A stretch of 64,000 nt of DNA, taken from positions 15,899 to 79,898 of the forward strand of contig RFTJ01000004.1 in the NCBI GenBank assembly GCA_009923495.1, read 5' to 3'. How positions within the stretch are numbered: position 1 is the stretch's first letter; each line of letters starts with the position of its first letter. The position numbers were made by a program, and so were the translations under genes. The notes beneath the pieces were generated by a model, which saw only the letters and a program-made list of their open reading frames with translations, had not been told where the DNA came from and searched no databases. The stretch comes from Actinomycetota bacterium (GTDB lineage Bacteria; Actinomycetota; Actinomycetes; S36-B12; UBA5976). Below, piece after piece: positions 30,579-38,484 of this stretch.

Positions 30579-31043
30579 ATGAACTCACTGAAAGAAACTT
30601 TGCAGGCCGATTTAAATGACGCAATGCGCAGTAAAGAAACACTTACTGTCTCTACGCTCAGAATGGTTCTCGCTGCTATCACTAATGAGGAAGTTTCCGG
30701 AAAGCAAGCCCGCGAATTAAGTGATCAAGAAGTAGTCACTGTACTAAACCGTGAGGCAAAGAAACGTAAGGAAGCCAGCGTTGCCTACACCGATGCAAGT
30801 CGACCAGAATTGGCCGCGCAAGAAGACTTAGAACTTGCGGTCATCAAGAAGTACTTGCCGGAGGAACTGTCTGAGGATGAGCTATCTGCAATCATCGCGA
30901 GTGCGGTAGCCGAAGTTTCCGCAAGTGGACAGGCTGGTCCTAGTGCTATGGGAGCGGTCATGAAAATTGTCCAGCCGCAGGTTTCTGGACGCGCTGACGG
31001 CGGTCAAGTCGCATCCTTAGTTAAAAAACTATTGAGCGAGTAA
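30579..31043 (+). CDS. GatB/YqeY domain protein
   Basis: KKRKEAS, KYLPEELSE, MGAVMK, GRADG. Confidence 0.93.
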   Translation: MNSLKETLQADLNDAMRSKETLTVSTLRMVLAAITNEEVSGKQARELSDQEVVTVLNREAKKRKEASVAYTDASRPELAAQEDLELAVIKKYLPEELSEDELSAIIASAVAEVSASGQAGPSAMGAVMKIVQPQVSGRADGGQVASLVKKLLSE

Positions 31044-31047
31044 TCGA

Positions 31048-32118
31048 CTAGATAAAGTGCGCACAAATTGGAAGTAACTTTTCAAGCGCTTCCCGTTCGC
31101 CGATACTGATTCGCACACCCTCGCCTGCAAAACAACGCACGGCTATGGCTACACAAGCGCAGGCTTGGGTAAATTCTTCGGAACGACTGCCCAAACCCAG
31201 CCACACAAAATTTGCTTGGCTCTTTGGCAGGTCAAATCCTAACTTGGCTAACTCGGCTTCAAACCAGGTTCGTAATTGCGCTAACTCGGCAACTCGTTCC
31301 AGTAATTCAGATTTGTGATCTAGCGATGCAATGGCTGCTGCTTGAGCAACTGATGACACTCCGAATGGAACAGCAGTCTTGCGAACTGCCTCAGCAACAT
31401 TTTCCGGCGCAATCACATAACCAACGCGTAATCCTGCCAATCCGTAAGCCTTAGAGAAGGTGCGCAGCACGGCTACATTGGAATGGTTCTTGTATGCCAA
31501 AATTCCGTCAGTTGCGTCCTCGTCGCAATTGAATTCAATGTACGCCTCATCTACAACAACGAGAATGTGTTTTGGCACTTCGCCTAAGAACTCAACTAGG
31601 TCAGCATGCTTAACGATGTTTCCTGTCGGGTTGTTTGGGGTGCAGACAAAAATTAGTCGGGTTCGATCCGTAATGGCATCAAGCATTCCTCTAAGATCGT
31701 GCGATCCATCATCAGTAAGTGGAACCCGAACCGCCACTGCACCAGCTATGGCCGTAATTATTGGATAAGCCTCAAATGAGCGCCAAGCAAAAATTACCTC
31801 ATCCTGAGCATCACAGAGCGCCTGCACAATTTGCTGGCAAACTCCTACCGAGCCAGTGCCTAAAGCAATGCTGGATTCTGCTACTGCGAACTCGCTCGCT
31901 ATGCGTTTCACTAATGCCGACGCACTTGGGTCTGGATATCGATTTACCTCTTGCCCCGCTTGAGCAATTGCCAATGCAACGCTCGGTAGTGGATTTAGTG
32001 GGTTTTCGTTGCTAGATAGCTTGAATGGCTCATGGTCTGCGATGGCCACAGCGGCGGCCCCAGCTTTATAACCGGGCAGCCTCTCAATGACTTTTCTTAT
32101 TTTGACTCCATCGTTCAT
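31048..32118 (-). CDS. pat: Histidinol-phosphate/aromatic aminotransferase (HisC2/Pat type)
   Basis: KLSSNENP, WRSFEAYP, NNPTG, DEAY, RTFSKAYGLAGLRVG. Confidence 0.85.
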   Translation of the reverse strand: MNDGVKIRKVIERLPGYKAGAAAVAIADHEPFKLSSNENPLNPLPSVALAIAQAGQEVNRYPDPSASALVKRIASEFAVAESSIALGTGSVGVCQQIVQALCDAQDEVIFAWRSFEAYPIITAIAGAVAVRVPLTDDGSHDLRGMLDAITDRTRLIFVCTPNNPTGNIVKHADLVEFLGEVPKHILVVVDEAYIEFNCDEDATDGILAYKNHSNVAVLRTFSKAYGLAGLRVGYVIAPENVAEAVRKTAVPFGVSSVAQAAAIASLDHKSELLERVAELAQLRTWFEAELAKLGFDLPKSQANFVWLGLGSRSEEFTQACACVAIAVRCFAGEGVRISIGEREALEKLLPICAHFI

Positions 32119-33329
32119 ACTGACTCCCGACTAATTGCCACAATCGTAATGTCATCCTGCTTTTCCCAGTTTTCAAAATTGACGTCTTTAGCAAAGGCTT
32201 GCATGTCGTCAACAATTTGTTCGATAACTTCTTGAGGAGTTGATTCTGTAGACACTTTAGTTAGGGCATTAACAATCTGATCGACTTCAAAAAACTCGCT
32301 TCCATCGCTATTTCGCAATTCATGTAAACCATCTGAAGCCACAATGAGTTTCATGCCTGGTTCAAAAAAGAATTGTCTGATGTCCCAAACTTGCCCGAAT
32401 CCTGCCAACATTGGGCCACTTGAATTTAAGAGCACCTTGCTGCCATCGCCCTTAGCTAAAACTGCTGGAGGGTGGCCAGCACTAAGCCAACTAGCAGGCT
32501 TGCCTATGTCTCTGGGAATCTCAATCACGAATGCGGTACTAAATTTCGGATACTCATCGGTGTCATCAGGAACCAAAATGTCTGAGACCGATTTAACTAT
32601 GCGATGAAGTTCTACTTCCGCTGCGATTGCTGCGGCAAAGATCGCTTTCGTCTGCAGGCCAGCAATCGCTGAGGCGTTGTCGTGCCCTTCAACATCGACT
32701 TGGACTAGGTAATGCGACTCTCGATTGGAGAAAATGTCCCACCAATCGCCCGATGTAACGCCGGCATTTGCTCGTACATAGGAGTCAACATTTAGGGGGT
32801 GGATGTCTTTGCGCCTGAACCTTGGAGTTAACGCAAATCTGACTTCACGCACCATCGGCGCATTTGAATTAAGTGATTTTTCTGCAGACTTTGTTAATTG
32901 GATCTGATCTAACAGGTCTTTGTTTCGCTCATCAGCGCGGGCGATTTCGGTAACCAAACTTTTTCGCATGGATTCAGAGTCGGCAAAAATATTTCGGATT
33001 TCTGGTGCTCCATTAACCGGCTTAATCTCAACTGTGCGATCATTGTTCGCGACTTTGCGCAAAAGTCGACTCAGCCTAAGGAGCGGGACAACAACCCAAC
33101 GCCTTGCAAAATATGTAGCAAGAGCCAGAATGATCAAGTTGATTATCGCTGAAATAGTAAGTACGGCGACAAGCTGATTTCCAACTCGTACTAGATCGGC
33201 ATCTTCTGGGACTAAGGTGTTGACCTGAGTTCTAGCCTGGTCATAAGCCCTAATTTCCCAAACGGACACCGCAGCCATCACGGTTGTGACAAGGCCAAGA
33301 AAAAGCCACAGGCGAGTAGTGAGCTTCAC
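32115..33329 (-). CDS. Membrane-anchored HAMP + SpoIIE/PP2C phosphatase
   Basis: Two TMs, HAMP-like PLLRLS...EI, then GDWWD, DVEGH, SAGHPP, SDGL, DDIT. Confidence 0.88.
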   Translation of the reverse strand: MKLTTRLWLFLGLVTTVMAAVSVWEIRAYDQARTQVNTLVPEDADLVRVGNQLVAVLTISAIINLIILALATYFARRWVVVPLLRLSRLLRKVANNDRTVEIKPVNGAPEIRNIFADSESMRKSLVTEIARADERNKDLLDQIQLTKSAEKSLNSNAPMVREVRFALTPRFRRKDIHPLNVDSYVRANAGVTSGDWWDIFSNRESHYLVQVDVEGHDNASAIAGLQTKAIFAAAIAAEVELHRIVKSVSDILVPDDTDEYPKFSTAFVIEIPRDIGKPASWLSAGHPPAVLAKGDGSKVLLNSSGPMLAGFGQVWDIRQFFFEPGMKLIVASDGLHELRNSDGSEFFEVDQIVNALTKVSTESTPQEVIEQIVDDMQAFAKDVNFENWEKQDDITIVAISRESV

Positions 33330-33346
33330 ACTCCCACTCTAGACGG

Positions 33347-34711
33347 TTAACTAATTTGAGTGAGTTCTTGAATAGCAGATTCAAATAGTTGCTGATGCTT
33401 GTCTACATCTTCAACAGTTGTCGCCGGGCACATTAACGCCATGTTATGAAATGGGGTCATAAGTACGCCACGATTACACATGTACAGGTGCATAAATTCA
33501 TCAAGTGCATCGTCACTGGCATTTGCTGAATCGGTGCCACTAGTTGGCGCTGGTGACACAAAACGATATTCAGCCCGAGCACCTATTTGTGCGATGGACC
33601 AATCTACCTCGTACTTGGTCAAGATTTCCTGCACCTGGTTTGTGTACCTAGTTCCTAATTCGATCATGTGAGCAAAAGCCGCATCAGTGAGCACTTCGCC
33701 GAGTGTTGCCCGCATCGCAGCCAGTGACAGCGCGTTACCAGCCAATGTTCCACCTACTCCACCAACATCAATTAAGTCAGCTTCAGCGTGTGCAGCAATT
33801 GCCTGAGCAACTTCATTTGTAATTCCATATGCGCCAGATGGAATGCCAGCGCCGATGGATTTTCCAATTATGAAGATGTCGGGCTGGAGGTTATCGCGTG
33901 CGGTCATGCCACCCGGACCAGCGGAAAATGTATGTGTTTCATCAATCATTAATAGAGCTTGATATTTTGTTGCTAGTTCGCGTAATCCTGGCAAAAATCC
34001 GGGCCTTGGAAGAACGATACCGATGTTGGTTAAAGCGGGCTCGGTCAAAATTGCAGCGACATCGCCATGGGCAAGCTCGCGCTCTACGGCTGCTAAGTCG
34101 TTGAACTCAACAACTCGAGTGGTGTGGTGTAACGGAATAGGTGGGGCAACATTGCCTGGCCGGGAAACGGCCTTGCCAGTTTCATCCGGCACGGCAAAAG
34201 TTTCATCTACTGATCCGTGATAGCAGTATGAGAAAACTAAAATCTTTGACTTGCCGGTTGCCAGTCTGGCCAAGCGGATCGCCCAGCGATTTGCATCCGT
34301 AGCAGTTAGAGTGAACGACCACAGTGGTAAGCCGAAGCGCTTAGTCAGTTCGGCGCCAACCCACTGCGCATCTGCGGTAGGAAGCATCGTTGTTATCCCA
34401 CCAGCATTAATAATGCGCTCAGTTATTGCCGAAATGCTCGCCTGTGGGCTGTGCCCGGCCATCGCACCAGTATCGCCAAGCGCAAAGTCGATGTAGGTGT
34501 GGCCATCAACGTCTGTAACACGATTACCATGTGCTCGCTCTAAGTACAGTGGGAAGCCACCTGACCATTTATTCATCCAAGTCATTGGCACTGAACCAAA
34601 TAGGTTGTCCGCCTGCTCGTATAACGACAACGATTTTGGGTTATTCGTGCGGTAGGTTTGGCGCTCCCGAATTAACAGCTCGGCAAGATGTGCTCGATCA
34701 ATGATTGTCAT
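33347..34711 (-). CDS. Class III PLP-dependent aminotransferase (GSA-aminomutase-like)
   Basis: DVDGHTYID, YHG, DETHT, GKSIG, GTLAGN; starts 2 bp after the dnaB stop. Confidence 0.88.
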   Translation of the reverse strand: MTIIDRAHLAELLIRERQTYRTNNPKSLSLYEQADNLFGSVPMTWMNKWSGGFPLYLERAHGNRVTDVDGHTYIDFALGDTGAMAGHSPQASISAITERIINAGGITTMLPTADAQWVGAELTKRFGLPLWSFTLTATDANRWAIRLARLATGKSKILVFSYCYHGSVDETFAVPDETGKAVSRPGNVAPPIPLHHTTRVVEFNDLAAVERELAHGDVAAILTEPALTNIGIVLPRPGFLPGLRELATKYQALLMIDETHTFSAGPGGMTARDNLQPDIFIIGKSIGAGIPSGAYGITNEVAQAIAAHAEADLIDVGGVGGTLAGNALSLAAMRATLGEVLTDAAFAHMIELGTRYTNQVQEILTKYEVDWSIAQIGARAEYRFVSPAPTSGTDSANASDDALDEFMHLYMCNRGVLMTPFHNMALMCPATTVEDVDKHQQLFESAIQELTQIS

Positions 34712-34713
34712 GC

Positions 34714-36072
34714 CTAAGAGGACGCTGCCATCTCGGCAAAACGACTGTAATGACCCTGCCAAGCTACAGTAACAATTCCTGTTGGTCCGTTGCGGTGCTT
34801 AGCCAAAATAAAGTCTGACTCGCCTCGGCGTTGCGAGTCCGGCTCGTAGAACCCTTCACGGTGCAACAAGATCACCATATCAGCGTCCTGTTCCAGGGAT
34901 CCAGATTCGCGCAGATCAGAGAGCATCGGCTTCTTGTCTTGACGTTGTTCCGGACCTCGGTTCAACTGGCTAAGCGCAACGACCGGCACATCAAGCTCTT
35001 TGGCGAGCAATTTCAGCGAGCGTGAAAATTCACTAACTTCTACTTGACGACTTTCTACTCGGCGGCCAGAACTCATCAGCTGGATGTAGTCAATGATGAT
35101 TAATCGTAAGTCGTGACGCTGTTTCAACCGACGAGCCTTAGCCCTAATTTCCATCATGGTCATGTTTGGTGAGTCGTCAATAAATAATGGCGCTTCTGAA
35201 ATACCACCCATGCGTTTAGCCACCCGATCCCAGTCGGCCTCGACTAGATTGCCTCCACGCATTGCGCTTAGATTTACTGTTGCTTCGGCAGAGAGTAGAC
35301 GCATCGCAATTTCATTACGGCTCATTTCAAGTGAGAAAATTGCGGAGGTCATATTATTTTTGATGCTTGCACTGCGGGCAAGGTCAAGTGCCAAAGTGGA
35401 CTTACCCATACCTGGTCGGGCGGCAACAATTATCAGCTGACCGCCATGTAGTCCGTGTGTGATGTTGTCCAGTCCTGAAAAGCCAGTGGGCACGCCCAGT
35501 AGCTGGCCGCCATGACCCTCAATAGCTTCAATTTCCTCGAGTGTTTTTGGGATGATGACGGACAGCGGTTGGTAATCTTCTGACCGGCGTTGCTTAGTTA
35601 CATCAAAGACTTCGGATTGCGCACGATCAACTAAGGCATCAATTTCACCATCGGCTGAGTAACCCATCTGAGTGATGCGGGCACCTACTTCAACAAGGCG
35701 GCGTAGTACTGCGCGTTCAGTTACGATGCGGGCGTAGTAACCAGCATTAGCTGCGGTTGGTACACCAGAGACAAGGGTGTGCAGGTAACTTACACCGCCG
35801 ATGTTGCTTAATGTGCCAGCTTTAGTTAAGTAGTTTGAAACTGTGATTGCGTCAGCTGGCTCACCTCGGCCATAGATATCTAGAATCGCCGCAAAGATTG
35901 TGGAGTGAGCTGGCTTGTAAAAATCATTTTCGTGAAGGTGTTCGATTACGTCAGCAATCGCGTCCTTGCTCAGAAGCATCGCGCCCAAAACAGATTGTTC
36001 TGCAACTAAATCTTGGGGCGGAGTTAAAAGTTGATCTGCTGGATATCCCCTTGGGATTTCTGCCACGCTCAT
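34714..36072 (-). CDS. dnaB: Replicative DNA helicase (no intein)
   Basis: PPQDLVAEQSVLG, ARPGMGKST, DYIQLM, LSQLNR, DLRESGSLEQDAD, KHRNGP. Confidence 0.97.
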   Translation of the reverse strand: MSVAEIPRGYPADQLLTPPQDLVAEQSVLGAMLLSKDAIADVIEHLHENDFYKPAHSTIFAAILDIYGRGEPADAITVSNYLTKAGTLSNIGGVSYLHTLVSGVPTAANAGYYARIVTERAVLRRLVEVGARITQMGYSADGEIDALVDRAQSEVFDVTKQRRSEDYQPLSVIIPKTLEEIEAIEGHGGQLLGVPTGFSGLDNITHGLHGGQLIIVAARPGMGKSTLALDLARSASIKNNMTSAIFSLEMSRNEIAMRLLSAEATVNLSAMRGGNLVEADWDRVAKRMGGISEAPLFIDDSPNMTMMEIRAKARRLKQRHDLRLIIIDYIQLMSSGRRVESRQVEVSEFSRSLKLLAKELDVPVVALSQLNRGPEQRQDKKPMLSDLRESGSLEQDADMVILLHREGFYEPDSQRRGESDFILAKHRNGPTGIVTVAWQGHYSRFAEMAASS

Positions 36073-36142
36073 GTGCACCTTCAAATTCTCTTTACGCGAT
36101 AGCCCGACTTTAGATTGCTGCCCTGACACTGACAATGACCCC

Positions 36143-36281
36143 TGTTGATAACTCTGTGGATAAAATGGGGAAAATGCCTTGTTTACCAGTTATTGCTTGG
36201 TGATAACTTGTGCGAGTTAACCGAAAGTTTGACAAAATTCCTTGTAAATACGGGGTTTTTTTAGTTAATACCTGTGCACAA
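36143..36281. promoter_or_regulatory. DnaA-box cluster upstream of dnaB
   Basis: TGTTGATAA 36143-51 and perfect TGTGGATAA 36155-63 in tandem; weaker TGGTGATAA 36198-206 and TGTGCACAA 36273-81. Confidence 0.7.
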
Positions 36282-36291
36282 AAAATATATT

Positions 36292-37512
36292 TTAGGTTAA
36301 GCCATCTTGGGTCGGCGTCAGTTGCTTTCGCAGTTTTTCAGCCATAAGAGCCGAAATTCCACAACCTAAAATTAGTAGAGCTATCCATTGGTAGGGCCAA
36401 TTGCGATGCAGCATGAACCCGCCGATTGCTGGGCCAATGGCACCTGAAAGAGACCAGTTCAGCGAACTCACGGCGTTGTACCGGCCCCGTAGATGCTCTG
36501 GCGCTAAATCATTCGGGATAGCGGGCCCAACTGGAGACCAAACCATTTCTCCAACTGCAAAAATCGCCATTGCTAGTCCAGCAAGAACGGCCGGTAATAA
36601 CCCGGGCAACTTCAGCCCAACTCCCAGAGCTATCCAAGATGTTGCCCATAGCAAGGAAATGACTTGCAGGAGTCGAGAGCGTGAACGTCCCTGTAAAAGT
36701 TTTATGAAGTAAAGCTGACCTATCACGATCACAAAAGTATTGATTGCCCATATAGGTCCTAGCGTCTTTGCCGATTGTCCTGCAAAAACGGTAAGCAGTG
36801 GAGCAATACCCGCATCCATCATCGACCCATAACCGCAAGTCAACATTAGTAATGTTGTGAAGAAATAGTAAATGAGTTTGCGATCCTTCAATAGGTCTCG
36901 ATAACTCCCTTGACTACTTTCATGCTCAGAATTGAATTTGAAATTAGGAATTGATGCGATGACGGCAAGGTAGAGCAAATACGAACAGGCGTCTATCAGG
37001 TACAACCGGACAAAACTTCCTGGGTCATTCAAGTCAACGATGAGTGCACTTGCTAGACCGCCAATGCCAAGTCCAAGATTCAAAAACATGAATGAGATGC
37101 CGAAAATGTTTTGGCGCTTTTCTGGTGGCACCATTCGGGCAACGATGGTATTTTGTGCGGGCCAAAGTCCTGACTGCCCAAGTGCGGTTAGTGCAGCGAT
37201 TAGATACGCCTGCGAAGGTGAGTGAACGAAAGACCAGCTGGCAGTTGCCACAGTCTGGATGGTTAGTCCAGTAATCATCACCGGTTTTGGACCAAAACGG
37301 TCAATTGCCCACCCAACTGGTCCAGTCGCCACCAGGCCAAAGATCGACATCCAAGAAATTACTAATGCAGCAGTTATTAACGAGAAGCCACGAATTTGGT
37401 TTAAGTAAACAATCAACAGTGGCAGAGTCAGGCCACTTCCAAGAGAACTTAGGAAGTTTCCGAAAAGCAAACGGCGAGTAAGTGCTGGGGTCTCGCGAAG
37501 AACCTCAAACAT
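36292..37512 (-). CDS. MFS transporter
   Basis: GWAIDRFGPK motif A, multiple TMs, APEHLRGRY. Confidence 0.92.
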   Translation of the reverse strand: MFEVLRETPALTRRLLFGNFLSSLGSGLTLPLLIVYLNQIRGFSLITAALVISWMSIFGLVATGPVGWAIDRFGPKPVMITGLTIQTVATASWSFVHSPSQAYLIAALTALGQSGLWPAQNTIVARMVPPEKRQNIFGISFMFLNLGLGIGGLASALIVDLNDPGSFVRLYLIDACSYLLYLAVIASIPNFKFNSEHESSQGSYRDLLKDRKLIYYFFTTLLMLTCGYGSMMDAGIAPLLTVFAGQSAKTLGPIWAINTFVIVIGQLYFIKLLQGRSRSRLLQVISLLWATSWIALGVGLKLPGLLPAVLAGLAMAIFAVGEMVWSPVGPAIPNDLAPEHLRGRYNAVSSLNWSLSGAIGPAIGGFMLHRNWPYQWIALLILGCGISALMAEKLRKQLTPTQDGLT

Positions 37513-37549
37513 TTCGTCACCTTTGACTTAGTTGCTTAACTAACGATAC

Positions 37550-37575
37550 AAAAAAGGGGCCGCATGTGCGGCCCC
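37550..37575 (-). terminator. Intrinsic terminator after tRNA-Ala
   Basis: Minus strand GGGGCCGCA-CA-TGCGGCCCC followed by TTTTTT. Confidence 0.85.
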
Positions 37576-37579
37576 GCTG

Positions 37580-37652
37580 TGGAGACTAGGGGAATCGAAC
37601 CCCTAACCCCCTGCTTGCAAAGCAGGTGCTCTACCAATTGAGCTAAGTCCCC
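37580..37652 (-). tRNA. tRNA-Ala(TGC), CCA not encoded
   Basis: GGGGACT...AGTCTCC-A with G3:U70; CCTGC-TTTGCAA-GCAGG anticodon arm. Confidence 0.97.
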
Positions 37653-37674
37653 TGGATAAATCCAGAACTCTAAA

Positions 37675-37785
37675 CTACTCAGAAGTAGCTTGTGTCCACA
37701 AGTCCTGTTCGGCTTTATTGGCTTTTGCTTGCTTGTAACCAACGAAACCGACCAGTGCGAGTACAGCTAATAAAAACTTTTTCAT
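37675..37785 (-). CDS. DLW-39 family small protein (36 aa)
   Basis: Manual translation MKKFLLAVLALVGFVGYKQAKANKAEQDLWTQATSE*, AAAGGA RBS, located between tRNA-Ile and tRNA-Ala. Confidence 0.88.
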   Translation of the reverse strand: MKKFLLAVLALVGFVGYKQAKANKAEQDLWTQATSE

Positions 37786-37808
37786 CGCAATCCTTTCTTG
37801 AACTTGCG

Positions 37809-37883
37809 TGGGCCTAGATGGACTTGAACCATCGACCTCTTCCTTATCAGGGAAGCGCTCTAACCAAGCTGAGCTATAGGCCC
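37809..37883 (-). tRNA. tRNA-Ile(GAT), CCA not encoded
   Basis: GGGCCTA/TAGGCCC acceptor; CTTCC-CTGATAA-GGAAG anticodon arm; GATGG-TTCAAGT-CCATC T-arm. Confidence 0.97.
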
Positions 37884-38000
37884 TTACTTTGATCGACTTT
37901 GGATCGACCTCTTCCTTGCACCAGGACTATAACCAAGCTGAGCTATAGGCCCTTACTTTGATCGACTTTGGATCGACCTCTTCCTTGCACCAGGACTATA
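37861..38000. repeat. Exact 69-bp tandem duplication containing tRNA-Ile fragments
   Basis: 37861-37929 is identical to 37930-37998; the unit includes the tRNA 5' 23 nt and a 15-mer identical to tRNA positions 37831-37845. Confidence 0.95.
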
Positions 38001-38081
38001 GCCACTTTGGGCTAATGACGCTGGTATTTTTCGCGCGGTTTACGAGATTACCGCAACTTCGCGAATCTCCCAAAATGGGGG

Positions 38082-38480
38082 CTAGTTTGACTGCTCATCT
38101 GCGACATCCACTTCAATTCCACCAGTGAACCCTACGCTGAGGTTGTAGAGGGCAGCGAAAATTGTAGATAGAACGCTAAGTAGCACAATTTCAATAGCAG
38201 AAATCACCATGGAAAGTCCGACTAGTCGCCCCAAGGACAGGAAGTTCACGCCAGCTGAATCTTCATTTCCTGAAACGGATCTAAATAGTCCCGTTATCGC
38301 CTCAAAAACTCCGGCGGCGGACAGAAGCAGCCAAAGCACAATGGTCGCAACGATGATGATGCCAGCGATTGCTACGCCCAAGATAAACGAGGACTTGGCA
38401 ACTGACCAAGGATCAAGTCGAGTAATCCGAACTTTGCGAGTGCTCGGGGCAAAATCTGCTTCTTCGGAACCTGTTGTCAT
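38082..38480 (-). CDS. DUF3566 membrane protein
   Basis: RLDPWSVAK...LYNL..GFTGGIEV; canonical position after gyrA. Confidence 0.92.
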   Translation of the reverse strand: MTTGSEEADFAPSTRKVRITRLDPWSVAKSSFILGVAIAGIIIVATIVLWLLLSAAGVFEAITGLFRSVSGNEDSAGVNFLSLGRLVGLSMVISAIEIVLLSVLSTIFAALYNLSVGFTGGIEVDVADEQSN

Positions 38481-38484
38481 CTGC

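Noticed and set aside
37884-37952. Second functional tRNA upstream of tRNA-Ile
   Set aside because: No 3' acceptor strand, no TTC T-loop and no canonical 7-nt anticodon loop
37861-38000. Possible CRISPR mini-array
   Set aside because: Units are fully identical with no unique spacers, derive from tRNA-Ile, and no cas genes are present
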